Positions 30,171-47,655 are shown, numbered from the stretch's first letter. The stretch is DNA of 64,000 nt from Escherichia coli (GCF_030013595.1 NZ_CP122768.1), one strand, 5' to 3'. Translations and numbers: made by a program. Notes: generated by a model not told the origin, from the sequence alone.

Positions 30171-31724
30171 ATGGATATCATTGGCGGACAACATCTACGT
30201 CAAATGTGGGACGATCTGGCGGACGTTTACGGTCATAAAACGGCGCTGATTTGTGAATCCAGCAGCGGAGTCGTTAACCGGTATAGTTATCTTGAGTTAA
30301 ATCAGGAGATTAACCGCACGGCAAACCTGTTTTATACGCTGGGGATTCGCAAAGGCGACAAGGTTGCTCTACATCTCGACAACTGCCCGGAATTTATCTT
30401 TTGCTGGTTCGGGCTGGCAAAAATTGGCGCGATTATGGTGCCGATTAACGCCCGCCTGTTACGCGAGGAAAGCGCGTGGATCCTGCAAAATAGCCAGGCG
30501 TGCCTGCTGGTGACCAGTGCGCAATTCTATCCTATGTATCAACAGATTCAGCAGGAAGATGCCTCGCAGTTGCGGCACATTTGCCTGACAGATGTGGCAC
30601 TTCCCGCTGATGATGGCGTGAGTTCGTTTACTCAACTGAAAAATCAACAACCTGCCACCTTGTGCTATGCACCGCCGCTATCGACTGACGATACGGCGGA
30701 AATTCTCTTCACCTCCGGCACTACCTCCCGACCGAAAGGTGTGGTGATTACCCATTACAACCTGCGCTTCGCTGGATATTACTCCGCCTGGCAGTGTGCA
30801 CTGCGTGACGATGACGTCTACCTGACGGTAATGCCTGCGTTTCATATTGACTGCCAGTGTACTGCGGCGATGGCGGCGTTTTCTGCCGGGGCCACCTTTG
30901 TGCTGGTCGAGAAATACAGCGCCCGCGCCTTCTGGGGACAGGTGCAGAAGTACCGCGCCACCATTACCGAATGTATTCCGATGATGATTCGTACGTTGAT
31001 GGTGCAGCCGCCTTCAGCGAACGATCGGCAACACTGCCTGCGGGAAGTGATGTTTTATCTCAACCTGTCGGAGCAGGAAAAAGACGCGTTTTGTGAACGC
31101 TTCAGCGTTCGCTTGCTGACGTCTTATGGGATGACGGAAACCATTGTGGGCATTATCGGCGATCGCCCTGGCGATAAACGACGCTGGCCGTCGATTGGTC
31201 GGGCGGGCTTTTGCTACGAAGCGGAGATCCGCGACGATCACAATCGTCCCCTCCCGGCTGGTGAGCTCGGTGAAATCTGTATTAAAGGCGTACCAGGGAA
31301 AACCATCTTCAAAGAGTATTTTCTCAACCCGAAAGCCACTGCGAAAGTACTGGAAGCCGATGGCTGGCTACATACCGGCGATACCGGATACCGCGACGAA
31401 GAGGGCTTTTTTTATTTCGTCGATCGCCGCTGCAATATGATCAAACGCGGTGGCGAGAATGTCTCCTGCGTGGAGCTGGAAAATATCATCGCCACCCATC
31501 CAAAAATTCAGGACATCGTGGTTGTGGGTATTAAAGATTCGATACGCGATGAAGCCATCAAAGCATTTGTGGTGCTGAATGAAGGTGAAACATTGAGCGA
31601 AGAGGAATTTTTCCGCTTCTGCGAACAAAATATGGCGAAATTTAAAGTGCCCTCTTATCTGGAGATCAGAAAAGATCTGCCACGTAATTGCTCGGGGAAA
31701 ATAATTAGAAAGAATCTGAAATAA
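30171..31724 (+). CDS. caiC: Carnitine/crotonobetaine-CoA ligase CaiC
   Basis: AMP-binding-type ORF ([10 protein letters not shown]); start set at MDIIGGQ (alternative ATG at 30156). Confidence 0.9.
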   Translation: MDIIGGQHLRQMWDDLADVYGHKTALICESSSGVVNRYSYLELNQEINRTANLFYTLGIRKGDKVALHLDNCPEFIFCWFGLAKIGAIMVPINARLLREESAWILQNSQACLLVTSAQFYPMYQQIQQEDASQLRHICLTDVALPADDGVSSFTQLKNQQPATLCYAPPLSTDDTAEILFTSGTTSRPKGVVITHYNLRFAGYYSAWQCALRDDDVYLTVMPAFHIDCQCTAAMAAFSAGATFVLVEKYSARAFWGQVQKYRATITECIPMMIRTLMVQPPSANDRQHCLREVMFYLNLSEQEKDAFCERFSVRLLTSYGMTETIVGIIGDRPGDKRRWPSIGRAGFCYEAEIRDDHNRPLPAGELGEICIKGVPGKTIFKEYFLNPKATAKVLEADGWLHTGDTGYRDEEGFFYFVDRRCNMIKRGGENVSCVELENIIATHPKIQDIVVVGIKDSIRDEAIKAFVVLNEGETLSEEEFFRFCEQNMAKFKVPSYLEIRKDLPRNCSGKIIRKNLK

Positions 31725-31832
31725 ATGAAACGGCAGGGAACTACCCTGCCAGCTAATAATCACGCTCTAAAACAATATGCATTTTTTGCAGGGATGTTGT
31801 CGTCCCTGAAAAAGCAAAAATGGAGAAAAGGA

Positions 31833-32618
31833 ATGAGTGAATCATTACATCTGACCCGCAATGGATCAATTCTGGAAATTACCCTTGATCGTCCAAAAGC
31901 GAATGCTATTGATGCAAAAACCAGCTTTGAAATGGGCGAAGTATTTCTAAATTTCCGTGACGATCCGCAATTACGTGTCGCCATTATTACCGGTGCCGGA
32001 GAGAAATTCTTTTCCGCGGGCTGGGATTTAAAAGCGGCAGCAGAAGGCGAAGCACCGGATGCTGACTTTGGCCCGGGAGGTTTTGCGGGATTAACCGAAA
32101 TTTTCAATCTCGACAAACCGGTTATCGCCGCTGTGAACGGCTATGCCTTTGGCGGCGGCTTTGAACTGGCGCTGGCGGCAGATTTTATTGTTTGTGCCGA
32201 TAACGCCAGCTTCGCCCTACCGGAAGCCAAACTGGGCATCGTTCCTGACAGCGGCGGCGTGCTGCGTCTGCCGAAGATCCTGCCGCCTGCCATCGTCAAT
32301 GAAATGGTGATGACCGGCAGACGAATGGGCGCAGAAGAGGCGCTGCGTTGGGGGGTAGTCAACCGCGTGGTTAGCCAGGCGGAACTGATGGATAACGCCC
32401 GCGAACTGGCGCAGCAGCTGGTTAACAGCGCTCCGCTGGCGATTGCGGCGCTGAAAGAGATCTACCGCACCACCAGCGAAATGCCGGTAGAAGAAGCGTA
32501 TCGCTATATTCGCAGCGGCGTGTTGAAACACTATCCGTCGGTTCTGCATTCGGAAGATGCCATTGAAGGGCCGCTGGCGTTTGCCGAGAAGCGCGATCCG
32601 GTGTGGAAAGGACGTTAA
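31833..32618 (+). CDS. caiD: Carnitinyl-CoA dehydratase CaiD, 261 aa
   Basis: Enoyl-CoA hydratase-fold ORF; start set at MSESLHL (longer ORF from 31725 is possible). Confidence 0.88.
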   Translation: MSESLHLTRNGSILEITLDRPKANAIDAKTSFEMGEVFLNFRDDPQLRVAIITGAGEKFFSAGWDLKAAAEGEAPDADFGPGGFAGLTEIFNLDKPVIAAVNGYAFGGGFELALAADFIVCADNASFALPEAKLGIVPDSGGVLRLPKILPPAIVNEMVMTGRRMGAEEALRWGVVNRVVSQAELMDNARELAQQLVNSAPLAIAALKEIYRTTSEMPVEEAYRYIRSGVLKHYPSVLHSEDAIEGPLAFAEKRDPVWKGR

Positions 32619-32623
32619 CAACC

Positions 32624-33214
32624 GTGAGCTATTACGCCTTTGAGGGGTTAATTCCGGTGGTTCACCCGACGGCGTTTGTCCATCCCAGTGCCGTCTTGAT
32701 TGGCGATGTGATTGTGGGAGCCGGTGTCTACATCGGCCCACTCGCCTCACTGCGTGGTGACTACGGGCGGTTGATCGTGCAAGCGGGAGCCAATATTCAG
32801 GATGGCTGCATTATGCATGGCTACTGCGACACTGACACCATCGTTGGGGAAAACGGCCATATCGGGCACGGAGCGATCCTGCATGGTTGTGTGATTGGTC
32901 GCGATGCACTGGTCGGGATGAACAGCGTGATTATGGATGGCGCGGTCATTGGCGAAGAGAGCATTGTTGCCGCTATGAGCTTTGTCAAAGCGGGCTTTCG
33001 CGGCGAGAAACGCCAGTTGTTGATGGGTACGCCAGCCCGCGCTGTACGCAGCGTGAGTGACGACGAGTTACACTGGAAACGGTTGAATACCAAAGAGTAT
33101 CAGGATCTTGTCGGGCGCTGTCATGCATCATTACATGAAACGCAGCCACTGAGGAAAATGGAGGAAAATCGCCCCCGTTTGCAGGGGACGACGGATGTGA
33201 CGCCGAAACGGTGA
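32624..33214 (+). CDS. caiE: CaiE (hexapeptide-repeat / gamma-carbonic-anhydrase-like), 196 aa
   Basis: ORF ...[20 protein letters not shown]...; probable GTG start at 32624. Confidence 0.85.
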   Translation: MSYYAFEGLIPVVHPTAFVHPSAVLIGDVIVGAGVYIGPLASLRGDYGRLIVQAGANIQDGCIMHGYCDTDTIVGENGHIGHGAILHGCVIGRDALVGMNSVIMDGAVIGEESIVAAMSFVKAGFRGEKRQLLMGTPARAVRSVSDDELHWKRLNTKEYQDLVGRCHASLHETQPLRKMEENRPRLQGTTDVTPKR

Positions 33215-33312
33215 TCTTTCCGGATGCGGCGTAAACGCCTTATCCGACCTGGCTGGAAAGGAACCGTAGGCCGTATAAGATGCGCCAGCATCGCATCCGG
33301 CGACCAGGTCGC
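33215..33312. repeat. REP/BIME-type palindromic units downstream of caiE
   Basis: CCGGATGCGGCGTAAACGCCTTATCCGACC... and inverted partner. Confidence 0.7.
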
Positions 33313-33332
33313 ACGGTATCAACGAAACGACA

Positions 33333-33728
33333 TTAACGACGCATACTCTTTGACAACATCATCTGCCACTTCTGCTCGCGGTTAAGTTCCGTGAGCGGAA
33401 CGGCAGGAATACGCGGCGTCTTTCTTACGCCGACTAATTTTTCCCGACTGTTATTGCGCAGGCGCGCGTAAATTTGCTCATCGATATCGACCACTTTACC
33501 CAGTCGCTGACACTGGCATCCCCGCCCTTCCAGCTTATTAGGGATCATCTTAACTTCGCAGCTTATTTCTGTGACTTCCGACAGAATATAAGTCAGGGTA
33601 TTAACCGCCTTGCTGTGTTCAATATCGAAATGAATAGAGATCTCTCTTGCTATCACCCACCGATTTTCAGCCATCATCCATTCGGCGATTAACAAGTAGA
33701 GTGGTTTTTCAACATATCCTTCACACAT
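33333..33728 (-). CDS. caiF: Transcriptional activator of the cai/fix operons CaiF, 131 aa
   Basis: ORF contains MCEGYVEKPLYLLIAEWMMAENRWVIAREISIHFDIEHSKAVNTL...; start at the Met giving 131 aa. Confidence 0.88.
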   Translation of the reverse strand: MCEGYVEKPLYLLIAEWMMAENRWVIAREISIHFDIEHSKAVNTLTYILSEVTEISCEVKMIPNKLEGRGCQCQRLGKVVDIDEQIYARLRNNSREKLVGVRKTPRIPAVPLTELNREQKWQMMLSKSMRR

Positions 33729-33988
33729 ACGAACTCCAGTTTCACAAATTAAAAGTCTGGCTATGACTCGTTTTGAAGCAATTAAACAAGGCCATATTAA
33801 AATTGTGGATATATCGATAGTATGCAACTTCACCGTCGATAAGTGTGAGCTAAATCCTGCTTATGTCATCAAAAATATCGATTCCCCAAAAGATTTACTT
33901 AATGGGCAAAAAAAACGGTCCTCATCAGAGAACCGTATTAGTTATTCGATCAAATTAGCGGATGAAAAATATCCGCCATGACACGCTA

Positions 33989-37207
<3,219 letters not shown>

Positions 37208-37224
37208 GGCTCTTTTACTCCTGA

Positions 37225-38373
37225 TTACTTAGCGGTTTTACGGTACTGCTCAATTAACTCGATAAAGTGGTCGAACAACGGCGCTGCGTCGTGTGGCCCA
37301 GGGCTGGCTTCCGGGTGACCCTGGAAGCTGAACGCCGGTTTATCGGTGCGATGAATGCCCTGTAACGTACCGTCGAACAGGGATTTATGCGTGACACGCA
37401 GGTTTGCAGGTAATGTTGCTTCATCCACCGCAAAACCGTGGTTCTGGGCGGTGATCATCACCACGTTTTTCTCCACATCTTTAACCGGATGGTTGCCGCC
37501 GTGGTGACCAAATTTCATTTTGACAGTCTTCGCACCGCTCGCCAGCGCCAGCAGCTGATGACCGAGACAGATGCCGAAGACCGGAATATCGGTTTCGAGG
37601 AATTTCTGGATGGCGGTAATGGCGTAATCGCACGGGGCCGGGTCGCCAGGACCGTTGGAGAGGAAGATGCCGTCTGGATTCATTTTCAACACATCTTCCG
37701 CAGAAGTTTGCGCCGGAACGATGGTCAGACGGCAGCCTCTATCCACCAACATGCGCAGGATGTTGCGCTTGGCACCAAAATCATAAGCCACAACATGGAA
37801 CGGCAGCTCGTCTTCTTTCTTCGCTTCTGGCAGGCCGCCGGTCAGCGTCCAGCTCCCTTGTGTCCAGCTATACGTTTCTGCGGTGGTCACTTCTTTTGCC
37901 AGATCCATGCCGTTCAGACCTGGGAACGCGCGGGCTTTTTCTAATGCCAGCGCCGCATCCGGGTTATCGCCTGCGATAATGCAGCCATTCTGTGCGCCTT
38001 TCTCGCGCAGTAAACGCGTCAGCTTACGGGTATCGATATCAGCAATCGCCACGATGTTATGGCGCTTCAGATAAGAAGAGAGGTCTTCGGTATTACGGAA
38101 GTTGCTGGCAATCAGCGGCAGGTCGCGAATCACCAGACCTTGTGCATGTACCTGAGAAGATTCTTCATCGGCGTCATTAGTGCCGACATTGCCAATATGG
38201 GGATAAGTAAGAGTAACGATTTGACGAGAATAGGAAGGATCAGTGAGGATTTCTTGATAACCGGTCATTGAAGTATTGAAAACGACTTCCCCAACCGCCG
38301 AACCTGTTGCCCCTATGGCCCGACCGTGAAACTGGGTTCCGTCTTCCAGAACCAATAGCGCTGACTTAATCAA
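37225..38373 (-). CDS. carA: Carbamoyl-phosphate synthase small subunit CarA, 382 aa
   Basis: ORF ...[24 protein letters not shown]... with glutamine amidotransferase domain; start placed at the in-frame TTG codon at 38371..38373 to give the 382-aa product. Confidence 0.88.
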   Translation of the reverse strand: MIKSALLVLEDGTQFHGRAIGATGSAVGEVVFNTSMTGYQEILTDPSYSRQIVTLTYPHIGNVGTNDADEESSQVHAQGLVIRDLPLIASNFRNTEDLSSYLKRHNIVAIADIDTRKLTRLLREKGAQNGCIIAGDNPDAALALEKARAFPGLNGMDLAKEVTTAETYSWTQGSWTLTGGLPEAKKEDELPFHVVAYDFGAKRNILRMLVDRGCRLTIVPAQTSAEDVLKMNPDGIFLSNGPGDPAPCDYAITAIQKFLETDIPVFGICLGHQLLALASGAKTVKMKFGHHGGNHPVKDVEKNVVMITAQNHGFAVDEATLPANLRVTHKSLFDGTLQGIHRTDKPAFSFQGHPEASPGPHDAAPLFDHFIELIEQYRKTAK

Positions 38374-38399
38374 AACACCCTCCAGAGAATATTCACTCA

Positions 38400-38740
38400 C
38401 TTTATTTGCATATTAATTCACAATGATGACGTAAATCAATGCAAATCTGCTTACCGACGAATTTCTGGCAAACGGCGGCATTCTGGAGATATGGGCGCTA
38501 AAAGTCAACTTAATGGCGGGATTTTTTATATTATTTTGTGGCTCATGCATGTTTTACAGGCATTAAGCGACAAAAAGATCATATAACATGTTCTGGAAAA
38601 CGCTTGCGCAGCAAGAAGATTGCATGAAATAAAAATGAGCAGAAAAAAGTGGACCAGATGGTCAAAATTTACATTAAAACAACAAAAACAGAAGACAAAA
38701 CATGTAATTTTCAGCACTTGCATTAAATTTAAAAGCATAA
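38400..38740 (-). promoter_or_regulatory. carAB upstream control region (AT-rich, tandem promoters expected)
   Basis: Long AT-rich leader upstream of carA; position-based inference only, no individual sites resolved. Confidence 0.4.
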
Positions 38741-38744
38741 CACC

Positions 38745-38776
38745 AAAAATAAAAGGGCCAAAAATTAAAGCCCTTT
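38745..38776 (-). terminator. Probable rho-independent terminator of dapB
   Basis: Minus-strand hairpin AAAGGGC-N11-GCCCTTT followed by TATTTTTGG, about 50 nt past the dapB stop. Confidence 0.5.
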
Positions 38777-38828
38777 ATATTCAATGCATTAAATGTGTTA
38801 TTTTTGCATCACTATAAATATTTTGTGG

Positions 38829-39665
<837 letters not shown>

Positions 39666-39816
39666 TTAATTTGCATAGACCGTTTTCAGAGTAACCAGCG
39701 CATCGCTACGCCGCCAGCCAAAAACGCTGATAATTAGAAATTAATGATAAACAGGGAGGGATATCAGTGAAAGGCATGAGTCGATGAATGACTGCATGCC
39801 GATAACATGTGACAGG

Positions 39817-40731
39817 TTACGGCACCAGAGCCAGCACCTCAGCTACCCACTGCTGGAAGCCTTTTACATTCAGATCCAATGCCACCTGTACATTGGCTGG
39901 TTTGCCCAGGCAACCGTCGATATCAACCACCGTCGTGCCTGAGGTAAATTCGCCTTGAGTTTCTACCGCGACAAAACACGGCTTGAGAGTGAACAGGTCC
40001 GGGCGCACCAGCCAGGCGATGGCGCAGAGATCGTGCATTCGCAGACCGCTTTGCATACTGCCGCTACGGTAGTGGCTAAACAGGGCGTGGAGCATTTTTC
40101 CGGTGCGATTCAACTCCGGCAAAGTAACGAGATAGTCAGGGGTTAATATTGCCTGATTGGTGACATCCAGACCGCACATGACAATTTCGATGCCGCTACG
40201 GAAGACACAGGCTGCCGCTTCTGGATCGGCAGCGATATTAAACTCGGCGTTTGGTGTGCAGTTGCCGCGACCAGCAGAACCGCCCATGATCACCAGACGG
40301 CGAATATACGGCTTACATTCCGGGCATTGTGAAAGTAACAGCGCAATATTGGTTAACGGGCCGATGGCCACCAGGGTAACGGGCTCTGGCGCACGCATCA
40401 GGGCATCACGAATTGCCAGAAACGCCGGTATACCCAGTGGCTTACGGTTGTGTTCAACAAAGTCATAGCCAGCCATTCCCGATTCACCGTGTACAGATGC
40501 CGCATCGCGCGGCGCACGAACCAGTGGTACGGCAGCGCCCTGGGCAAGCGGAATATCCACATTCCAGAAATGCAGCAGTTGCAGGGCGTTGCGGGTGGTT
40601 TTCTCAACCGAGACATTACCCGCGACGGTGGTCATCAGTTGCAGGTCGAGTTCGGGGGCAAAAATCGCGGCAGCAATGGCGACGGCATCGTCAATGCCGG
40701 GGTCTGTATCGAGGAAGATAGGTAAACGCAT
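39817..40731 (-). CDS. rihC: Ribonucleoside hydrolase RihC, 304 aa
   Basis: ORF with the N-terminal DTDPGIDD nucleoside hydrolase motif. Confidence 0.93.
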   Translation of the reverse strand: MRLPIFLDTDPGIDDAVAIAAAIFAPELDLQLMTTVAGNVSVEKTTRNALQLLHFWNVDIPLAQGAAVPLVRAPRDAASVHGESGMAGYDFVEHNRKPLGIPAFLAIRDALMRAPEPVTLVAIGPLTNIALLLSQCPECKPYIRRLVIMGGSAGRGNCTPNAEFNIAADPEAAACVFRSGIEIVMCGLDVTNQAILTPDYLVTLPELNRTGKMLHALFSHYRSGSMQSGLRMHDLCAIAWLVRPDLFTLKPCFVAVETQGEFTSGTTVVDIDGCLGKPANVQVALDLNVKGFQQWVAEVLALVP

Positions 40732-40796
40732 GTTTTCTCCATAAAAAATGCCGGTAACAAGACCGGCATTTTCGCATAACTTAGGCTGCTACTGAC

Positions 40797-41747
40797 TTAA
40801 TCGACTTCACGAATATCGACACGCAGCTCTTTCGGCACTTCGAAAACAATATTTTCTTCACGGCCTTCCAGCGGAATGGCTTCACCACCGCCCAGCTGTT
40901 GCAAACGTGCCACCACATTCTGCACCAGAATATCCGGAGCCGATGCGCCCGCAGTCACGCCGACGCATTTAACCTCTTTCACCCACTCTTCCTGGATATC
41001 TTTCGCATCGTCAATCAAAAACGCGCGTTTGCCCATACGCTGGGCCAGCTCAGCCAGACGGTTGGAGTTGGAGGAGTTTTTCGAACCGACCACCAGCACC
41101 ACTTCCGCCTGTTCTGCCAGGGCGCGTACTGCTTCCTGACGGTTAGTCGTGGCGTAGCAGATGTCATCTTTGCGCGGACCGACAATTTTCGGGAAGCGTT
41201 TACGCAGCGCGTCGATCACATCAGACGTGTCATCCACCGACAGCGTGGTTTGGGTCATAAAGGAGAGTTTCTCTTCGTTTTTAACCGTCAGTTTCCACAC
41301 ATCGTCTGGCGATTCGACCAGATACATTCCCCCTTCCGGGTTGCTGTACTGACCCATCGTCCCTTCCACTTCCGGGTGCCCGGCGTGACCGATGAGAATA
41401 GATTCTTCGCCACGGCGGCTGGCGCGGGCGACTTCCATATGCACTTTGGTCACCAGCGGACAGGTTGCATCAAACACCGTCAAATCGCGGCTTTTTGCTT
41501 CGTTACGTACCGCCTGAGAAACACCGTGTGCGGAGAAAATCAGGATCGCGCCGTCCGGTACTTCGCTAATCTGCTCAATAAAGATAGCCCCACGCTCGCG
41601 CAGGCTATCGACCACGTAGCGGTTATGCACCACTTCGTGACGGACATATATCGGTGCGCCGTAAATGGCCAGCGCGTTTTCAACAATGCTGATAGCGCGG
41701 TCTACCCCGGCACAAAAACCACGCGGGTTGGCCAACAGGATCTGCAT
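40797..41747 (-). CDS. ispH: 4-hydroxy-3-methylbut-2-enyl diphosphate reductase IspH (LytB), 316 aa
   Basis: ORF contains [23 protein letters not shown]...; start at the Met giving 316 aa. Confidence 0.93.
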
Positions 41748-41748
41748 G

Positions 41749-42198
41749 TTACGCCTCCAGTGCCGGATCGATTTCCAGCACTTCAATATCAAAATGAACG
41801 GTCTGCCCGGCCAGCGGATGGTTGAAATCAACGGTAATGGAGTCGCCGTTAATTTCGCGGATCACGCCAGGCATCTCACTGCCATCCATTGCGGTAAAAA
41901 GCATGATTGCGCCAATTTCTGGCTCGCCTGCATCCATAAATTCACGGCGGGAGAAGTACTGAATCAGGTCCGGTGACGGCACGCCAAACGCCGCATCGGG
42001 CTCCAGCGTGAAAGTGGTTTTATCGCCCACTTTCAGCCCCAGCAGGTGTTGCTCCAGCCCTTCAGAAAGAGAAGCATCGCCCAGGCGGAATAGCGCCGGT
42101 TTACCGTTGTTGCGGGTAGACTCGGCGGTGGTGCCATCGTCGAGTTTTAGCGTGAAATGCACCAGGACGGCGCTATTGCTCTGTACAGATTCAGACAT
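41749..42198 (-). CDS. fkpB: FKBP-type peptidyl-prolyl isomerase FkpB (SlpA), 149 aa
   Basis: 149-aa ORF immediately downstream of lspA. Confidence 0.93.
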
Positions 42199-42220
42199 GC
42201 AGGTTTGCTCTTATATTTTG

Positions 42221-42285
42221 AGGATTTTTGCCGGATGCGGTCTACGATTTCGCAGCAATCTGTAGGCCGCATCCGGCAGGGTTTA
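42221..42285. repeat. REP-type palindromic unit between lspA and fkpB
   Basis: GCCGGATGCGGTCTACG...GTAGGCCGCATCCGGCAGG inverted repeat. Confidence 0.65.
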
Positions 42286-42780
42286 TTATTGTTTTTTCGC
42301 TTTAGAAGGTAAAAAACCTTCCAGCACAATCAGTGCCGCACCGACACAGATGGCAGTATCGGCAAGGTTGAAGGTGGCGAAGTGCCAGTCGCCGACGTAG
42401 AAGTCGATCATATCGACAACGAAGCCGTGCCACAGGCGGTCGAACAGGTTGCCCAGTGCGCCGCCAATAATCAGCGCGTAAGCGATATTGTTTAGCTTCT
42501 GCGTGGCCTTCGAGCGATACATCATCACTGCCAGGATCACGCTAATACCAATCGCAATACCGGCAAAGAACCAACGCTGCCAGCCGCCGCTATCGGCAAG
42601 GAAACTAAACGCCGCGCCATAGTTACGCGCATAATGCAGATTAAGCGACGGGAACAGCGGGACCGTATCCCCCAGAGCAAAGTTCTGGAGGATCAGGTAT
42701 TTGCTGCCCAGATCGATAATCAGCACGACTACCACCAGCCACAGCCAGCGTAGCCCTGTTGAACAGATCGATTGACTCAT
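42286..42780 (-). CDS. lspA: Lipoprotein signal peptidase LspA, 164 aa
   Basis: Multi-TM 164-aa ORF; 1-nt overlap with the ileS stop. Confidence 0.95.
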
Positions 42781-45596
42781 CAGGCAAACTTACGTTTTTC
42801 ACCGTCACCGGCGACGTTGCTGACACAGCGGCCGCAGATTTCTGCGTGTTCCGCTACCTTGCCGACATCCTGGGTGTAGTGCCAGCAACGTGGGCACTTC
42901 TCACCTTCGGCTTTACTCAACGCGACTTTCAGCCCTTTGAGTACTTCGCTCTGCTGGGCATCAGCAGGTGCGTCGTTATAGTCTGCAACGGTAGCGCCGG
43001 AGGTCAACAGGACAAATCGTAATTCATCGCCCAGCGCGGTCAGTTTCGCCGCCAGTTCCGGTTCTGCATACAAGGTTACTGCCGCTTCCAGCGAGCCACC
43101 CACTTTCTTGTCGGCACGCGCTTGCTCAATAACTTTGTTCACTTCGCCACGCACTTTCAACAGCTCGTCCCAGAACGCATCGTTCATCGCTTCACTGTCT
43201 GCCAGACCAAACAGGCCTTCGTACCACTCACCGGTGAAGACGTATTTTTCACGTTCACCCGGCAGGTAGCCCCACACTTCATCAGCGGTGAAGGAGAGGA
43301 TTGGTGCCATCCAGCGCACCAGCGCTTCCGCGATGTGATACAGCGCTGTCTGGCAGCTACGACGCGCCACACTGTCCGCTTTGGCGGTGTACTGACGGTC
43401 TTTGATGATGTCGAGGTAGAAGGAACCCATCTCAACGGAGCAGAAGCGCATCAGACGCTGTACCACTTCGTGGAAATCGTATGCTTCGTACGCCTTGAGG
43501 ATGTCTTCCTGTGCCGCTTTCGCACAACCTACGGCCCAGCGATCCAGTACCACCATCTCTTCCGGTTTCACCATATCTTTTGCCGGATCAAAACCGTTCA
43601 GGTTTGCCAGCAGGAAGCGCGCGGTGTTACGGATACGACGATAGCTGTCGGCAGCACGTTTCAGGATCTCGTCAGAAACGGCCATTTCACCGGTGTAGTC
43701 AGTTGATGCCACCCACAGACGCAGAATATCCGCGCCCAGTTTGTTCATCACATCCTGCGGCGAAACGGTGTTGCCGATGGATTTAGACATCTTGCGGCCC
43801 TGACCATCCACGGTAAAGCCGTGGGTCAGTACCTGACGATACGGTGCTTTGCCCTTCATCGCGGTAGAGATCATCAGAGAGGACATGAACCAGCCACGGT
43901 GCTGGTCTGAACCTTCCAGATACATGTCCGCAGCGTGACCGGCAAATTCCGGACGCACGTCAACAACGGAAGAGTGGGTAGATCCGGAGTCAAACCATAC
44001 GTCGAGAGTATCCGGCACTTTCACGTACTGATCAGCTTCATCGCCGAGGATCTCTTTCGCATCGAGATCCCACCACGCCTGGATGCCGTCAACTTCAACG
44101 CGTTTAGCCACTTCTTCCATCAGTTCGAGGGTACGCGGATGCAGCTCTTCCGTGTCTTTATGCACGAACAGTGACATCGGTACGCCCCAGGTGCGCTGAC
44201 GGGAGATACACCAGTCAGGACGGTTAGCAACCATCGACTCGATACGCGCCTGGCCCCAGTCCGGGATCCACTGCACGCCTTTGATCTCTTTCAGTGACTG
44301 CGCACGCAGACCTTTCTGATCCATGCTGACGAACCACTGCGGCGTCGCGCGGAAGATGATCGGCGTTTTGTGACGCCAGCAGCACGGATAGCTGTGCTGC
44401 ATTTTCTCAACGTGCAACAGCGCGCCTTTTTCCTGCAGCAGCGCAACAACGATGTCGTTCGCTTTGAAAACGTTCACGCCATCCAGCGTCGGGTAAGTAC
44501 CCGGCAGATAAGTGCCGTCCGGGCCAACCGGGTTAGCGGTTTCCAGGCCGTATTTCTGACCGATCACATAGTCGTCCGGGCCGTGGCCAGGCGCGGTGTG
44601 AACGGCACCGGTACCGGCATCCAGGGTAACGTGATCGCCGAGGATTGCCGGAACGTCGAAGCCCATAAACGGATGGGTAAAGCGCAGCAGCTCAAGCTCC
44701 GCACCTTTTACCGTGCCGAGAATGGTGTAATCGGTCACGCCGATACGCTGCATTACGCTTTCAACCAGATCTTTCGCCAGAATCACGGCCTGACCGTCGA
44801 TCTGCACCAGCGCATAGTCGAAATCAGGTGCAATAGAGATTGCGCGGTTGGCAGGCAGAGTCCACGGCGTAGTGGTCCAGATCACCAGCGAGATTGGGCC
44901 GTTAACGTTGCTTACGGCAAATTTTGCTTTCAGTGCATCCTGATCGACCGCCTGGAAAGCAACGTCAATGGACGGAGAAGTTTTGTCGTAATACTCAACT
45001 TCCGCTTCCGCCAGCGCAGAACGGCAGTCAACGCACCAGTGTACCGGCTTCGCGCCTTTGTGCAGGTGACCGTTGCCGATGATTTTGCCCAGCGCGCGGA
45101 TGATATTAGCTTCAGTTTTGAAATCCATGGTCAGGTACGGGTGGGACCAGTCGCCCAGCACGCCCAGACGGATAAAGTCTTTGCGCTGACCGTCAACCTG
45201 GGTCGCCGCGTATTCGCGGCACTTGGCGCGGAACTCAGCGGCGGTGAATTTCTCACCCGGCTTACCGTATTCTTGTTCTACTTTCAGCTCGATCGGCAGA
45301 CCGTGGCAGTCCCAGCCAGGCACATACGGCGAGTCATAACCGGAAAGCCCTTTGGACTTCACGATAATGTCTTTCAGAATCTTGTTAACCGAGTGACCAA
45401 TATGAATGCTGCCATTCGCATAAGGAGGGCCATCATGCAGAATGAAGGTTTTTTTGCCTTTTTTAGCCGCACGGATGATGCCGTACAGATCATCATCAGT
45501 CCAACGCGCCAGCATTCCCGGTTCGCGCTTGGCGAGATCGCCACGCATCGGGAACCCTGTTTCCGGCAAATTCAGGGTTGATTTATAGTCACTCAT
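42780..45596 (-). CDS. ileS: Isoleucyl-tRNA synthetase IleS, 938 aa
   Basis: 938-aa class I aaRS ORF with HIGH-type motif ([11 protein letters not shown]) and KMSKS. Confidence 0.97.
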
Positions 45597-45638
45597 CAGA
45601 TTCTCGGTTCCGTATTTCGGTTTGATTACATAACAGGC

Positions 45639-46580
45639 TTAAGCCGGTTTTGTTAGCCCAAAAAATTCGCGGGCGGTTAATTCATCACGCGCAATCTGCG
45701 CTTTCAGTTCGTCCAGCGACGCAAATCGCTGCTCATTGCGTATTTTTTTACGCAGCACTACTTGTATATGGCGACCGTAAAGGTCCATTGCAACATCTAA
45801 CAAATGCACTTCCAGCTGCTGGCGAATACCGGCAACCGTTGGGCGTGTTCCGATGTTTGCCACGCCGGGTAACGGCTTTTCACCGAGGCCCAGCACTTCT
45901 ACCGCATAAACCCCTTTCACCGGGGAAACCTGACGGCGCAGCGGTACATTCGCCGTCGGGAAACCTATAGTGCGCCCTAATTCATCACCGTGGACTACAC
46001 GCCCGGAGATGGCAAACGGGTGCCCCAGTAAACTTTCTGCCAGAGCCAGATTGTCATCCGCAAGGGCCTGACGCACGGCGGTGCTGCTGATACGCACGCC
46101 ACCTTCGCAAAAAGTTTGCGTACTGGTGATATCGAAGCCGTATTCCATGCCAGCTTTCTGTAATAACAAGAAATCGCCTTCACGACCAGCGCCAAAGCGG
46201 AAATCATCCCCTACAGCAAGAAATTTTACGCGCAAATGCTTCACCAGAAGATCGCTGATGAAATTTTGCGCGGTTAACGCCGCGAAACGCCTGTCGAAAC
46301 GTACGCACAGCACGTAATCAACGCCACACTCTGCAAGGTAACGTAGTTTTTCCCGCAGCCGGGTCAGTCGTGCCGGGGCTTTATCGGTTGCAAACAGTTC
46401 CAGTGGTTGAGGTTCAAAAAGCATCACCATCACCGGTAAGTTGCGCTTGCGCCCTTCTTCCTGCAAGCCCTGTAACAGCGCGCGATGACCGCGATGCACG
46501 CCGTCGAAATTACCAATAGTCAGCACACACCCTTCTTGCGGGGCCTGGCTGAGATTATGTATGCCGCGTATCAGCTTCAT
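45639..46580 (-). CDS. ribF: Bifunctional riboflavin kinase / FAD synthetase RibF, 313 aa
   Basis: 313-aa ORF upstream of ileS. Confidence 0.95.
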   Translation of the reverse strand: MKLIRGIHNLSQAPQEGCVLTIGNFDGVHRGHRALLQGLQEEGRKRNLPVMVMLFEPQPLELFATDKAPARLTRLREKLRYLAECGVDYVLCVRFDRRFAALTAQNFISDLLVKHLRVKFLAVGDDFRFGAGREGDFLLLQKAGMEYGFDITSTQTFCEGGVRISSTAVRQALADDNLALAESLLGHPFAISGRVVHGDELGRTIGFPTANVPLRRQVSPVKGVYAVEVLGLGEKPLPGVANIGTRPTVAGIRQQLEVHLLDVAMDLYGRHIQVVLRKKIRNEQRFASLDELKAQIARDELTAREFFGLTKPA

Positions 46581-46587
46581 GTCTGGC

Positions 46588-46806
46588 TCAAAACAGTGAA
46601 AATCGTCCGAGTATACCTTGTACAGCGGTCAAGGTTAACCGGCGATTGAGTACCGAAATCAGAAAGAAGTGGCTTTTCATTGCCATGGCGCAAATCACGG
46701 GAAGAAACTGACCGCCTGCTGCAATTTTTATCGCGGAAAAGCTGTATTCACACCCCGCAAGCTGGTAGAATCCTGCGCCATCACTACGTAACGAGTGCCG
46801 GCACAT
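46588..46806 (-). CDS. yaaY: Small hypothetical protein (yaaY-type), 72 aa
   Basis: 72-aa ORF between rpsT and ribF at the position of K-12 yaaY; coding status uncertain. Confidence 0.4.
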   Translation of the reverse strand: MCRHSLRSDGAGFYQLAGCEYSFSAIKIAAGGQFLPVICAMAMKSHFFLISVLNRRLTLTAVQGILGRFSLF

Positions 46807-46887
46807 TAACGGCGCTTATTTGCACAAATCCATTGACAAAAGAAGGCTAAAAGGGCATATTCCTCGGCCTTTGAATTGTCCATATAG

Positions 46888-47172
<285 letters not shown>

Positions 47173-47197
47173 TCGCCAATTTGCTGAAGCTTTGTGA

Positions 47198-47224
47198 AAA
47201 AGCCCGCGCAAGCGGGTTTTTTTA
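47198..47224 (+). terminator. Rho-independent terminator of rpsT
   Basis: AAAAAGCCCGCGCAAGCGGG hairpin followed by a T7 run. Confidence 0.85.
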
Positions 47225-47655
47225 TGCCTGCTGCTTTGTGATGTGTGAGAAAACACACTGCCGGTTGCCAGATAGTCAAAAGATGCTGGTTCTTGCAGAT
47301 ATGCAGTTACACTCTCTGGACTCTTCGTGGCTTAAGAATCGTAGAATCATCGGTTGATACATTCTGAATAAGAATATCTACTCAATCTTCAGACTCCCCC
47401 TACACAGAATGTGGAGATTGTGATACACATTGAGGTATTAAACTTAAGACCACTCTATTTTTGAATTAAATTCCTATACACTTTAACGATTCATAAATAT
47501 CTCCTTATTAGACCTTGTAAATTATTAACAGCAATCAACACAGGTTAACTACCTATTTATATTGTACTTCTTAAAATTAATGAGCGATTTTTGATAGTCC
47601 TCACATTCACTCATAAATTAAATTAAAAAAAATTCATCAACTTCAAGGACTGATA

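Noticed and set aside
40899-41825. 308-aa plus-strand ORF antisense to ispH
   Set aside because: Shadow ORF; ispH on the minus strand is the conserved gene
44370-45581. 403-aa plus-strand ORF antisense to ileS
   Set aside because: Shadow ORF within a conserved tRNA synthetase gene
47226-47655. Possible additional small gene or promoter element upstream of the pentapeptide-repeat gene
   Set aside because: No ORF of 60 aa or more and no convincing RBS-start combination; region kept as AT-rich leader only
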